Positions 39,388 to 49,580 of a stretch of DNA of 64,000 nucleotides are shown piece by piece (the first letter of the stretch is position 1; each line of letters begins with the position of its first letter). A model generated the notes under the pieces. It was not told the DNA's origin and ran no database searches. It saw only the letters and a program-made list of their open reading frames with translations. This DNA is from a virus, in the IMG/VR virus record IMGVR_UViG_3300045988_019905. The stretch is one strand, 5' to 3'. The position numbers were made by a program, and so were the translations under genes.

Positions 39388-39870
39388 TTATTTCATTGAC
39401 AACATTCTAACCTCTCTAATTTCTGTAACAGCAGGAGCGGCATCAGTAAGAATTGTACCATTAAGTTTAACCCATTTATTAGCTTGATAACATATATAAA
39501 CTCCACCAAGCGTAGCATCAATAATAACATCCTTAACTTGAGCCGTAGGGAATAGAGCTTGAAGATTAGTATTAGTATCTTCTGTTACATTATTAGTAAT
39601 AAAAAGATTATGTCCACCACCACTACCACCTTGATTCTTAGGAACAAGATGAGCATTAGTAATACCATTTTTAAACCAATACTCTTCTATTCCTGTATCT
39701 GTCATTATACCAACAGTAAGACCTTTAGCTCTTTTAGAAGCCATAATGGTAGTAATAGCAGCATTTAAATTAGGATAAGGTCCATAGATAGCATCTATAT
39801 TAGGTAATGCATCGTAATTCTCATCAACAGCATTATTTACAATCGGCTGTGAAATATTAATTCCTTCCAT
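39388..39870 (-). CDS. Short fibre-like protein (160 aa) sharing its N-terminal adaptor domain with the 1076-aa fibre
   Basis: Seen: MEGINISQPIVNNAVDENYDALPNIDAIYGPY...GLTVGIMTDTGIEEYWFKNGI aligns with the N-terminus of the next gene (MDGINISQPIVNNAADSEYNILPNIDAKYGPY...GLTVGIKTSTGITEYWFKNGI). Confidence 0.65.
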   Translation of the reverse strand: MEGINISQPIVNNAVDENYDALPNIDAIYGPYPNLNAAITTIMASKRAKGLTVGIMTDTGIEEYWFKNGITNAHLVPKNQGGSGGGHNLFITNNVTEDTNTNLQALFPTAQVKDVIIDATLGGVYICYQANKWVKLNGTILTDAAPAVTEIREVRMLSMK

Positions 39871-39873
39871 AGT

Positions 39874-42800
39874 TTAATTCATTATTTTAATTTCAATAAC
39901 GTTTAGTCCAATTCTCTTAGATTTCTCTACACTAATAAGCAAACTAATAATATTATCAGTAACTGTTACATCAAACCATTGTGTCCACTCATTTTTTTGT
40001 CCATAAGGAGCAGTTGGTAATTGTGATTTAATACTTGTACCATTAAGAATAACATCTCCATTTTGGTAAGTATCGCTTGCTTCAGTAGTAGAACTAATAA
40101 AACGAACTTGATAATTACCATTAGGAACATTAAATCTAAAAGCACTTGCACCAGCAACATTATATTTATATACATAATTATAGAATGGAGATATTGTAAA
40201 CATTGAACTTAAATCTCCACTTTGACCAGCAGGTGAAGTCATTTTAATATATTCATATCCAAGTCCTTCAATATAATTTTGAACATCTGCTTGTTTTCTT
40301 GTAAACCCACTAAGTAATAAACCAGATTTAGCTTTTAAAGTATCATTGTCAGGGACATGTTGTGTAGCTTCTTTTTGAAGAATATTACAAGTACCTCCAT
40401 AAATTTCATCAGCATATGATGTAGTTGAACCAACATCTACAAACGATACAGTACTCATACAAATAAGTTTATCATCGTCTGCACCAACAGCTTCAGTAAC
40501 AGTAATAGCTTTAGTCCATTCTCCACCACCTAAAGTTTCAGTAACAACAATAGTTTTAGCGCCAGCAGAATCAAACGTTATATCGTATTCGAGAATATTG
40601 TTTGTTTTAACTATATTAGTTACTGTACCACCGATAGTATTATCTCCTAATGTACTCATACGAGTATTATTAGCAGGATTTGCAGTTACAGTTACATGAA
40701 GAGGCTTATTAACTTCTACTGTATTTGCACAGTCAATAGTACAACTACTAATTTCAACAGGACTTGCAACAGTTAACGTAACAGGAACAGTAATGTTAGT
40801 TACAGATGGAACAGTACTGCTAACAGCAGGATTACCATTGTAAGTTCCAGCTAATGTTTCTTTACCAACAAGAGTATAAGTAATCTTATTACCAACAACT
40901 TTTTCAGTCAAAGTAACTCTGTCGGGCAAGTCCCCCGTAAGGGATGCAGAGATAGTATCCATTTGACTATTATTAGAAGGGTAAACAGTAACTTCAACTG
41001 TATCCGGATTCATCTCTGTTAAATCAAGATGAGTCTTATTTGGAGACATATTCGTTATAGCAATATCATTAATAACTACTTCAACTGGAATACTATCAGA
41101 AGAAGCTCCATTTTCAACATAAACTCTAAGTGTACCACTTGCTGTACCAGGATTAGTACTCTTATTAGTACAAGTTAACGTAAGTATGTTATCTGCAATA
41201 GAACTAACAGCTTCAATATTAAGTCCACTACTAAACTCATATTTAAGTTTACTCATTTCAGTATTATCAAGTGGGAAACAAGTAAATTTAATTTGAGCAG
41301 AACTATCATCAGTAAGATGAAGAGTTTCGCTTTGAGCCGTAATAGTAGTTATTTTTACAGCAGCACTAATAGCGTTAATACGGGCTTGGAAAGCAGCACG
41401 ACGAGCACTATCAAGTTTAGGCATATCAAGTTCTGCATCATCTTTCCAAATAGTATCTTCAGTTTCTTCGTACTTACTAACAAAGTATTCAATGTTACTA
41501 ACAAGTGTATCTTCACAACCAATCTGACAATATAGAACATTATCTCTAACTCCTACTTGTTGAATCGGACAAATATATGATTCGTCATTAACATCATAAG
41601 CTTCAATAGTCATTCCACTTACATTGCTAACATTAACACCGGTACATTTGAATGTCAAATCTCTATAATTAAAGTTCTCTTTAAAAGACATTTCAACATC
41701 AAATTGAAGAGTAGTGCCACTTGTTTGAATATTGCTAATCTTAGCATATTGTTTCATGTACTTATATTCGTATATCTCACCTACGGTAGCAAACCACATT
41801 TTATTAGATATAGCACCATAAGTATCACTGATATATTTAAGGAACTCTCCCCATTGACTACCAGTAGCAGTATGACAACAGAAATGAAACCATGTTTTAT
41901 TTGAAGTATTACTTTCTCCAAACAAAGCAGTAAGTTTCGATTTAAGATTTCCATCAATATCATCACTAAAAATACGAGACCAAACTTTGTGCCACCAATC
42001 ATCATCTACATAAGGTTTGCAATCAACGGCAGGACTATTTTCTGCAACAGAAACATCAATACGAGGCATATCTTCCATAGCAGTCATAAAGACGTTATTA
42101 CCATCAGGACGAGCAATAACTTTCATAAGACGATTAGCCATAGCTTTAGTTCTATACATATCACCTGTAAGACCTTGAATGACATTGTAAATATCTTTAT
42201 CAGTACCAAACTTTTCAGTTCCAATATTATGATAATAAAAATCTACACCATATTTAGCAATAAGATTTACATCTTCCCATACAAGATAAGGAACCATAAA
42301 TCTATATTGATTATTCGCAGTCTTATCAACAGCGATAGTTCTATCCATAAAAGCACCATCTTTATTACCAGCATAGGGCCAAATAGCAACACCTTGTTTA
42401 AAACGTTCTTTACCAAACATAGTCGTATAAGTAAGATAGTCATCAAACGTCTTATAAACTACATCAGGTAAATCACCTGCAAGATATTGATTAGCATGAT
42501 ACATCCAACTACCAGCACCACCATCAACAGTATGAATACTAATAGGTCGTTTATTTATAGCAGCCCATACAACAGATAATGTAGTAGTATTACAATCATC
42601 AGTTGTAAAACTAACAACATTTTCAGTGTCATATTTAAGAGGTGGAACAGCCACAGTATAAGTACCAGATGGAACTCCTGTTATCTTAACACGAATCTTA
42701 CGCATTTGACCGCGAGTATAAGGAGAACTGTTACCTGTTTCAATATCAGCAACAGTTTCTTTAAGCTCTTGTATATCATTCGTATTCTTAGTAACTTTAT

Positions 42801-43104
42801 TATTAGTAGAAGTAAATTTATCGTCTACTTGCTTTTTAGTATAATAATTACTAAGGTCAGGAACTTCACCTTTAACTACTAAATTATTATCAGAAATTCC
42901 ATTCTTAAACCAATATTCTGTAATCCCAGTAGAAGTTTTAATACCAACAGTAAGACCAATGGCTCTTACTTCTTGAGCAAGAGCCATAAGAGCTTCTGTG
43001 GTACTACTATAAGGACCATACTTAGCATCAATATTTGGAAGAATATTATATTCGCTATCTGCCGCATTATTGACAATAGGTTGACTTATATTAATACCAT
43101 CCAT
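39874..43104 (-). CDS. Long tail fibre (1076 aa) with an N-terminal adaptor, a possible carbohydrate-esterase-like region and Ig-like repeats
   Basis: Seen: the shared adaptor described above, then a coiled segment. A region with FTTDD...YYHNIG...IARPDGN weakly resembles NodB/CE4 deacetylase motifs, which is a low-confidence inference. Several T/S/V-rich Ig-like segments follow. The gene carries one copy of the GC-rich motif. Confidence 0.7.
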   Translation of the reverse strand: MDGINISQPIVNNAADSEYNILPNIDAKYGPYSSTTEALMALAQEVRAIGLTVGIKTSTGITEYWFKNGISDNNLVVKGEVPDLSNYYTKKQVDDKFTSTNNKVTKNTNDIQELKETVADIETGNSSPYTRGQMRKIRVKITGVPSGTYTVAVPPLKYDTENVVSFTTDDCNTTTLSVVWAAINKRPISIHTVDGGAGSWMYHANQYLAGDLPDVVYKTFDDYLTYTTMFGKERFKQGVAIWPYAGNKDGAFMDRTIAVDKTANNQYRFMVPYLVWEDVNLIAKYGVDFYYHNIGTEKFGTDKDIYNVIQGLTGDMYRTKAMANRLMKVIARPDGNNVFMTAMEDMPRIDVSVAENSPAVDCKPYVDDDWWHKVWSRIFSDDIDGNLKSKLTALFGESNTSNKTWFHFCCHTATGSQWGEFLKYISDTYGAISNKMWFATVGEIYEYKYMKQYAKISNIQTSGTTLQFDVEMSFKENFNYRDLTFKCTGVNVSNVSGMTIEAYDVNDESYICPIQQVGVRDNVLYCQIGCEDTLVSNIEYFVSKYEETEDTIWKDDAELDMPKLDSARRAAFQARINAISAAVKITTITAQSETLHLTDDSSAQIKFTCFPLDNTEMSKLKYEFSSGLNIEAVSSIADNILTLTCTNKSTNPGTASGTLRVYVENGASSDSIPVEVVINDIAITNMSPNKTHLDLTEMNPDTVEVTVYPSNNSQMDTISASLTGDLPDRVTLTEKVVGNKITYTLVGKETLAGTYNGNPAVSSTVPSVTNITVPVTLTVASPVEISSCTIDCANTVEVNKPLHVTVTANPANNTRMSTLGDNTIGGTVTNIVKTNNILEYDITFDSAGAKTIVVTETLGGGEWTKAITVTEAVGADDDKLICMSTVSFVDVGSTTSYADEIYGGTCNILQKEATQHVPDNDTLKAKSGLLLSGFTRKQADVQNYIEGLGYEYIKMTSPAGQSGDLSSMFTISPFYNYVYKYNVAGASAFRFNVPNGNYQVRFISSTTEASDTYQNGDVILNGTSIKSQLPTAPYGQKNEWTQWFDVTVTDNIISLLISVEKSKRIGLNVIEIKIMN
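40932..40951 (+). repeat. Copy of the GC-rich dispersed motif
   Basis: Seen: the plus strand reads CCCCCGTAAGGGATGCAGAG. Antisense orientation in the 1076-aa CDS, translated ...ISASLTGDLPD... Confidence 0.7.
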
Positions 43105-43107
43105 ATA

Positions 43108-44397
43108 TTAATCGTTTTTACAAGTTATACGAATATCTTCTGAAAAACCACCACTTGGATTATACAAAAAGAACATTGTATAATGAATACCATCATATTC
43201 TCCTGCATCAAACGGTTCTTTATATGCACCTTTCTTAGTACCATTATCCCACAGAACAGATACAAGAGCATCACCATATTCAGCATGAACAAGCGTCATG
43301 CCATCAGGTATAAGAAGCCAATGTACATTTTCTGTTTGATTAATAGTAAATGTTTGAGCAGAACTACCTACAATTTTCTTAGATTGTCTACCCGGAAGAG
43401 ACATAAGTTCAATAGCTGTTTTAGATTTAAATGCAACAGCACCAGCTGAACCATTAACAGTAGCAGGTCCCCAATACATAGTAAGTTCTTTAGGAGGAGC
43501 AACACAATTAACAGTATAAATATTAGAATAATAACTTGCACCGTCATTACCCTCAATCTTAGCACGCCATTTATATTGTTTACCCTCAGCCATAGCTATT
43601 GACAAAGTAGCAAAAGTTACAGGACTATCAATAGAAAGATTTTCTTGAAGAGCAACATCGCCACCTGCTTCAACTTGATAGATTGTAAGACTGTTTGGTT
43701 TTGCTTTACTCTTATTGCCAATAGCAAATGTAGCTTTATCATAAGTAACAGTTTGAGCACCTGTAACAGTAGTAGGTATGTTAAGAGTAAAACTACTAAT
43801 ACTTGGTTTATCATCTTCAGCAACAGCAACAGTATATTCATTTGATTTATATACGTTACCGTCAGAATCTTCAATAGTAGCATACCAAGTATAAGTTTTA
43901 CCAACTTCAACATCAAGCATTTGAGACTCATCAAAATCCAAAGGACTTGTCAAAGGTTTATTAGTTTGAATAAGAGTATTAGTATTCTTATAATAAATAG
44001 ATAAACTATCTGGTTTAGCAGAATCTATATTATCAATAGCGAAAGTTGCTTGATTAACTTCAATACGTTGATTACCTTTAAGGTTTGTAACATTAACTTT
44101 AAAATTGCTAATAGCAGGAGATTGTTTATCCGTACAAGCAAAGTTAAGAGAAGCATTAACGTAATTAATAAGTAAATCAGCTTTCTTATACTCACCAGCC
44201 TCATAAGCACAACAAGCAGCTTGGAACATATTCCAACAATTAAGAACTTGTCTATTAAGACCACGGCAAGTAGAAGCACAATCTTTCAATAAGTCAACTC
44301 CTAAATCACTCATCTTAATAAGCAACTTAGTATAGACACATTCGTATTTAGCAGGAACTACAAGATAAATATAAGTTCCATTTACATTTTTAATCAT
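43108..44397 (-). CDS. Virion protein with two tandem Ig-like repeats (429 aa)
   Basis: Seen: an internal duplication of about 100 aa. One unit is ...ISNFKVNVTNL...ATFAIDNIDSAKPDSLSIYY...GKTYTWYATIEDSDGNVYKSNEYTV. The other is ...ISSFTLNIPTT...ATFAIGNKSKAKPNSLTIYQ...GKQYKWRAKIEGNDGASYYSNIYTV. Confidence 0.7.
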   Translation of the reverse strand: MIKNVNGTYIYLVVPAKYECVYTKLLIKMSDLGVDLLKDCASTCRGLNRQVLNCWNMFQAACCAYEAGEYKKADLLINYVNASLNFACTDKQSPAISNFKVNVTNLKGNQRIEVNQATFAIDNIDSAKPDSLSIYYKNTNTLIQTNKPLTSPLDFDESQMLDVEVGKTYTWYATIEDSDGNVYKSNEYTVAVAEDDKPSISSFTLNIPTTVTGAQTVTYDKATFAIGNKSKAKPNSLTIYQVEAGGDVALQENLSIDSPVTFATLSIAMAEGKQYKWRAKIEGNDGASYYSNIYTVNCVAPPKELTMYWGPATVNGSAGAVAFKSKTAIELMSLPGRQSKKIVGSSAQTFTINQTENVHWLLIPDGMTLVHAEYGDALVSVLWDNGTKKGAYKEPFDAGEYDGIHYTMFFLYNPSGGFSEDIRITCKND

Positions 44398-44399
44398 GC

Positions 44400-44618
44400 T
44401 TATACAATTAAACGATTATACATTTCACTAACATTTTCAGCTTGTTCATCAGTCAAGTCATCACAATATACATTTCTCATGTGATAAAGGATAAGAAGAA
44501 CATGATAATCACAAAGCATTCCATCAGTTAGTACAAACCCGTTATCTTCTAATGTAGCAATATTAACTCCATCGTCAATAACAGTTTGTTTTACTTTCTC
44601 AAAATCAAGATTAACCAT
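44400..44618 (-). CDS. Small hypothetical protein (72 aa)
   Basis: Seen: ATG at 44618, tightly packed between its neighbours. Confidence 0.5.
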   Translation of the reverse strand: MVNLDFEKVKQTVIDDGVNIATLEDNGFVLTDGMLCDYHVLLILYHMRNVYCDDLTDEQAENVSEMYNRLIV

Positions 44619-44624
44619 ATTCGA

Positions 44625-45242
44625 TTATTTAATAATAACATTGGTCATATGAGTAACATAAGATTGGAACTTGAGATTAATCTTATTAGTAAACGTAAGT
44701 ATCTTATCTTCTTTGCTAAGACTACTATTATAAACAATATCAAACATATCTTTCTCAATTATTTCCATCCAATCTTTATTAAGAGCGTCAGATGCTTTAA
44801 CACCATTAATCTTATATAAAGATAACGTAGCGTAAACCGAATAAAACTCTGTATTAACTATATTATGGATATTAGCAATAACATTCTCTTTATTAGCTTC
44901 GATATGATTATTAATAATAGTCGTAGACACAAAATTAATAAGTCTCATAGCCGAAGAGAACATTGTATCCTCAATAGCAGCTTTACATTTATCTTTATCT
45001 TTCTCAATAATGTTTTTCGTAATATCAGTAAGAAAAGAACTTATAGTATTAATAGACTTAGTAAGTTCAGTACTAAGTTTGATTTGAACATTTTCTTTTC
45101 TATTATCTATAATCTTAGTTATAATAAGATATATAGCTACAACGATAGCAGGCGTAATACCTTGCGCAAGAGCTTCTTCAATTAATTCCATTTGGGACAA
45201 ACTAAAAAGAGAAGTCACCAATATTAATATTAGCATTAACAT
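44625..45242 (-). CDS. Hypothetical membrane-associated protein (205 aa)
   Basis: Seen: ATG at 45242. There are two N-terminal hydrophobic stretches. The start is uncertain, because a second ATG (MELIEE...) lies 17 codons downstream. Confidence 0.55.
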   Translation of the reverse strand: MLMLILILVTSLFSLSQMELIEEALAQGITPAIVVAIYLIITKIIDNRKENVQIKLSTELTKSINTISSFLTDITKNIIEKDKDKCKAAIEDTMFSSAMRLINFVSTTIINNHIEANKENVIANIHNIVNTEFYSVYATLSLYKINGVKASDALNKDWMEIIEKDMFDIVYNSSLSKEDKILTFTNKINLKFQSYVTHMTNVIIK

Positions 45243-45293
45243 CAGTAACTTCTCTTTTACGATTAGTATTAAAACTTTCTTATGTAAGCCCTA

Positions 45294-46187
45294 TTATGCT
45301 CCCGGACTTTCAGGCACTTCACCACCAGCCAGAATATCAAGGATTGCATCCATAGTAGTGATTGCGGCAGAACCAGTAGGATAAGCGATTTGAATAATCT
45401 GATGAACAACTTCATCACGAGTCTTCATTTCGCGAGGTTCAGCAAAGCGGAGAGTATAGATTGTAAATCCTGTATCAGCTTTATCAGCTTGAGCAAGCGG
45501 ATTAAGAGGATAAGCAGGATACAGTCCCTCAAAGTCATTATAAGTATATTCAAATCCAGCATCAGCAGCAGCTTTCTTTGCCAAATCAGCAACGTAAGCA
45601 GCATCGCCATAAGCCGGAATACCTTGCGTAGTAACAGTTACCGTTGTTCCCATAAGACCATCAGCAGGAACGATTTCATAATCCTTTCCAGCTTCAAGTG
45701 CAGTAATGGTAATCTTAGCAGCAGCAGCTACAGCTTTGACTCCGTTTCCTTGTGAGTTCGCATTAATATGGTTAGCAAGTTTAGTAGCAACATCATTGGC
45801 AGTAGGACTTGCACCGGTATGTACCGTAGACGTCCATTTGTTCCGTTCATTGAACTTCAAACCTTTCTTTGCAACAATGATACTATAATCCTGATATGCT
45901 TCCGGAGTACCGACTGTAAGTTCAGCAACGAAAGTAGTAGCAGCAGTATAAGTACCTTTGCTATAAGTAAAGTTCTTTTTGAAAATAGGATAAACAATCT
46001 GTCCTAATTTCGTGTTCGGATTCTTCCAAAGAATGTTAGCACGTCCCTTGATTTTAGCAGCAGTAGCAGCACTTGTCACAAGAGTTTCAACACCATTTTC
46101 CAAATACGTAATACCAACCTGCCCAGCAGCTGTCAAAGGAACAGCAGTAGGATAAGCAGCATTGGCGGCTAAAATAAATTGTCTCAT
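45294..46187 (-). CDS. Ala/Thr/Gly-rich virion protein (297 aa), possibly a capsid auxiliary or decoration protein
   Basis: Seen: ATG at 46187. G+C is locally higher and the composition is Ala-rich, which is typical of abundant structural proteins. The role is inferred from position in the head module only. Confidence 0.6.
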   Translation of the reverse strand: MRQFILAANAAYPTAVPLTAAGQVGITYLENGVETLVTSAATAAKIKGRANILWKNPNTKLGQIVYPIFKKNFTYSKGTYTAATTFVAELTVGTPEAYQDYSIIVAKKGLKFNERNKWTSTVHTGASPTANDVATKLANHINANSQGNGVKAVAAAAKITITALEAGKDYEIVPADGLMGTTVTVTTQGIPAYGDAAYVADLAKKAAADAGFEYTYNDFEGLYPAYPLNPLAQADKADTGFTIYTLRFAEPREMKTRDEVVHQIIQIAYPTGSAAITTMDAILDILAGGEVPESPGA

Positions 46188-46217
46188 AAAGCCTTAATGT
46201 TTTTGATTAATAAGTAG

Positions 46218-46913
46218 TTATTGACCTCCGTCAGAACTTGGTTTACTACCTAAACTTTGAAGATAATAATTAACAGCATCAGTAACTATGTCCTTATGAA
46301 GATATTCAGGTAAGTCACAATTAACACTGTTATCAGGATTTTCTTCATCAAGAATAACCACAGCGGGTTTCCTAATATAAGTATAGATAATAGCAACAGG
46401 TTTAGCCGGATTGTCAGTTGTTCCGGTATAGACATCAACAACGAGATTTGCTTTATTACCATTAACGGCAACAACCGGATACCGTTTAGTAGGTCTATTG
46501 CAAAAGTCATCAAGTGTATCATAAAGAGATTCACGTTCTATAAGTCTACAATGTACTACATCATTGTCAGCGTAAGCACAATCAAAGCCAGTATAAAGAT
46601 AAACATCATCGCTATCAAGAATAACATTATAAGGTTCATATTTAGTTCCAGCTCCTTTTATAGCATCACCACTAACTTTATCATGAGTATAAAGAGTATA
46701 TAGACCGTTAATCGGACTAACCTTTGCATTATCCCTTGCAACCTTATCGGAAAAGCTCATTCCAACATTCTCACGAAGTATGGAACGAGCTTTAGCGTCA
46801 ATGGCAAAGTTAATGCAAATATCAATATTTTCAGAGAAGATAGCACGAGTAGTTTGAATACCCATTTGCTGTCCAAGTTCTCTGAACGTTACGTGCATCT
46901 CCTCTATGGTCAT
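46218..46913 (-). CDS. Head-module protein (231 aa), function unknown
   Basis: Seen: ATG at 46913, 1 nt after the upstream stop. Confidence 0.65.
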   Translation of the reverse strand: MTIEEMHVTFRELGQQMGIQTTRAIFSENIDICINFAIDAKARSILRENVGMSFSDKVARDNAKVSPINGLYTLYTHDKVSGDAIKGAGTKYEPYNVILDSDDVYLYTGFDCAYADNDVVHCRLIERESLYDTLDDFCNRPTKRYPVVAVNGNKANLVVDVYTGTTDNPAKPVAIIYTYIRKPAVVILDEENPDNSVNCDLPEYLHKDIVTDAVNYYLQSLGSKPSSDGGQ

Positions 46914-46914
46914 A

Positions 46915-48066
46915 TTAGATATACTTTAATTTGTTCTTAAAAGCAGCAATAACATTAGCGTTATCAGGGTCTTTAGCCCAAGCTATTGCTTCTTTCATGT
47001 TAGCACCGATAAATTCACCGTCCTGTGTAGTAATGTTTTGATTAAACTTAGAACGGACAAACTCACCACGAGAAATAAGCAGTTCAATGAACGACTTAAT
47101 CTCAATGTCTTTATCCTTAACAATATTGTTAAACTTAACCGGTTCAGCAGTACTAAACTTATCAAGTTGAACTTCTTTTTCAAGTCTATCGTTAAGCATT
47201 GAGTTAACAATCGGCAGACCAGCAATAACACAATACTGAATGTAAACTGCATCAAACATATCGTCATTACCGATAACTTCAACGTAGTTACGTTTAGCAT
47301 TGTTAATCTCTTGACGGAGCTTTTGCTGACGTTCTCTATCTTTCGTATCATCACGGAAGTAGAATCTCACATAAGGGTCGCTATTAATAATAGCAGTATC
47401 TTTCGCAATGTCTCTGTAAAGTAAACAGTGACGATAGAGCAGATATTCAGCTATATTAACAGGACTACCATAAGCATGAAGCTGACTTTCAAGATTATTA
47501 ATCGCCATAATCTTAGCATCAAGAGCTTTACGAAGTTCTTGAATATTCTGACGATTAGCTTTCTTATATTGAAGTTCAATAGCTTCTTCTTGAGCCTTAA
47601 ATTTAAGATAATCCCGTTTATGGTTAAATTGGAAAGAACAATCAAAAGTAACTCCGAGTTCATCAACACGAACTTGAATATTATTCAAATACTGTTTAAG
47701 ACGAGAAATAAAATTCTCATTGTTAGGAGAAAGACCAAGAAGTTGAGGAAAGTAAGCTTCAACCTCTGCACGATTCGATGCAAGTACTTGTGAACTACGC
47801 ACGGAAGAACCAATGAAATCTCTCCGCTTAGGAAGTACTTTATCATTCGCTTTACGATACAGAGAATAATTCTGAATCAGAGCAATACTTACAGTACGAT
47901 TATAAGTGAAAGGTGCATCAAGTTCTTCATCCGATTCTTGCTGTGCAGTCTTAATCGGTTCTTTCTTGTTCTCATCTCCTACGGGGGAACTCCCTGTTTC
48001 TCCGCCAGCTTTTAAAGCATTAGTAGCTTCTTCAGTTTTGCCAGCACCAGCTGTATTAAAATCCAT
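46915..48066 (-). CDS. Head-module protein (383 aa), function unknown
   Basis: Seen: ATG at 48066, immediately downstream of the putative major capsid gene. The N-terminus is acidic and looks disordered, and it carries a copy of the GC-rich motif. Confidence 0.65.
   Translation of the reverse strand: MDFNTAGAGKTEEATNALKAGGETGSSPVGDENKKEPIKTAQQESDEELDAPFTYNRTVSIALIQNYSLYRKANDKVLPKRRDFIGSSVRSSQVLASNRAEVEAYFPQLLGLSPNNENFISRLKQYLNNIQVRVDELGVTFDCSFQFNHKRDYLKFKAQEEAIELQYKKANRQNIQELRKALDAKIMAINNLESQLHAYGSPVNIAEYLLYRHCLLYRDIAKDTAIINSDPYVRFYFRDDTKDRERQQKLRQEINNAKRNYVEVIGNDDMFDAVYIQYCVIAGLPIVNSMLNDRLEKEVQLDKFSTAEPVKFNNIVKDKDIEIKSFIELLISRGEFVRSKFNQNITTQDGEFIGANMKEAIAWAKDPDNANVIAAFKNKLKYI
47968..47987 (-). 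repeat. Copy of the GC-rich dispersed motif
   Basis: Seen: the minus strand reads CCCCCGTAGGAGATGAGAAC. Sense orientation in the 383-aa CDS, translated ...GSSPVGDENKK... Confidence 0.75.
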
Positions 48067-48089
48067 ATTAATTATTGTTTAGAGATTAA

Positions 48090-49562
48090 TTAAAGTACAC
48101 ATTCCAACATGAACATCTTCGTAGAGTTGTCCACTTGCAGACCACGAGAGCCTTTGACTTCAAAACGGCTCATATCAATTTCCGTAGAAATAAAGTTGCT
48201 ATCAGATACACCCCAAGATGCAGGAACATCCGTCATACCTTTCAGAACTTTAGCTTTATAAATCTGACCTTTCTGTCTTACTTGACGAACATTCTGATGT
48301 CCCTTATAAGAAGAGAAGTCAATAAAGCAAGCTTGATGCGAAGTCATAGGATAGCCAGTTCTTGGATGAATATATCCATTCTGTTTTGCAGCTTCGGCAA
48401 CAGTACCTTTGTCAAAGAAAGAACAGTGTTTACAAGTAATTGTATGACCGTCAACAGTCTTATATTTACGGAAGTAAGCACCATATTCAAGATTGCTACC
48501 GCTACCTTGAATCTCTTTGTCACCCAACGGAGTCAAGAAGCCGTTCTCTTTGGCGTCCATCTTCATTGCTTCGTCGAAGTCTTCCAAGAATCCCTTACCC
48601 GCCATGAGCACGATGTTCATTGTACCCTCGTCAGTATCACGGTCAAGAACGTCACCAACAGTTCTCTTAAGTTTGTTCAAAGTAAGATACTCACCATAAG
48701 TATCATAGTTACTTTCACGACAAATCTCAAGCATACCGGCAGTATGAGGAATTGGTTTACCATTATCGCGGTCTTTGAGAGTAATAGTACCATCTACCAT
48801 ACGATTGTACTGTGCAAGCCACAGACGTTCTTCTCCAAGAACACGCATATGAAGATTGAACTGACGCATCTCTTCGTTAATCCACAAACGGCTCTTACCA
48901 CCACCTGCACCTTCAAATTCATATTCAGTGATAACATTAGCAAGGTTACCGGCAATCTCTTTACTATGACGATAGAACTCAAGCTGACTTGTCATCTTAC
49001 CCGGTCCCATAGTATTAGAACGGTTACCCTTAGAATATGATTCAGAAACCGTAGGAGCAGTCAGTGACCAATACTTACCTTTAGCAAGAAGAGTAGGGTC
49101 AACAAAAGCTTCAGGATTAACTGTATCAAGTTTCAGAATGTAACCATAACCATAAGCCGATTCGCCTAAGTCTTTCTGAATACGAACAGAAGTCTTACCA
49201 TCAGGTCCAATAAGACCATGTTGTTCAATAAACCAATGAGTTGAGAAGTGAACTTCAAATTCAACTCCACCAAGACCCGGTTTAGTAACAGCAGTATTGA
49301 AGTAAGTAACAAAGTCCGTAAACTTGTAACGTCCCATTGTCTTCCAAGTCCACTGAACAGTATCAATATCAACAACACCGCCAGCACCTTGTCCCTCTGT
49401 CATAAAACTAAGAGGAAAACGGTCATCATCAAGACCATAATTATAAGTTAGAAAACTGTTGATTTCAACAGGTTTTTGCAACTGTAAATATGCGATAGAT
49501 TCTTCATTAGAATAACCTCTATCTTCATAATTACCAGTGCTGATAACACGCATTTTATACAT
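48090..49562 (-). CDS. Putative major capsid protein (490 aa)
   Basis: Seen: ATG at 49562 and a clean 490-aa ORF. Inference: the order terminase, portal, scaffold-like protein, then a protein of about 490 aa matches the conserved head-gene order of crAss-like phages, and the size fits. I cannot verify an HK97-fold motif by eye. Confidence 0.65.
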   Translation of the reverse strand: MYKMRVISTGNYEDRGYSNEESIAYLQLQKPVEINSFLTYNYGLDDDRFPLSFMTEGQGAGGVVDIDTVQWTWKTMGRYKFTDFVTYFNTAVTKPGLGGVEFEVHFSTHWFIEQHGLIGPDGKTSVRIQKDLGESAYGYGYILKLDTVNPEAFVDPTLLAKGKYWSLTAPTVSESYSKGNRSNTMGPGKMTSQLEFYRHSKEIAGNLANVITEYEFEGAGGGKSRLWINEEMRQFNLHMRVLGEERLWLAQYNRMVDGTITLKDRDNGKPIPHTAGMLEICRESNYDTYGEYLTLNKLKRTVGDVLDRDTDEGTMNIVLMAGKGFLEDFDEAMKMDAKENGFLTPLGDKEIQGSGSNLEYGAYFRKYKTVDGHTITCKHCSFFDKGTVAEAAKQNGYIHPRTGYPMTSHQACFIDFSSYKGHQNVRQVRQKGQIYKAKVLKGMTDVPASWGVSDSNFISTEIDMSRFEVKGSRGLQVDNSTKMFMLECVL

Positions 49563-49580
49563 ACACGCAGTAAAATTTAG

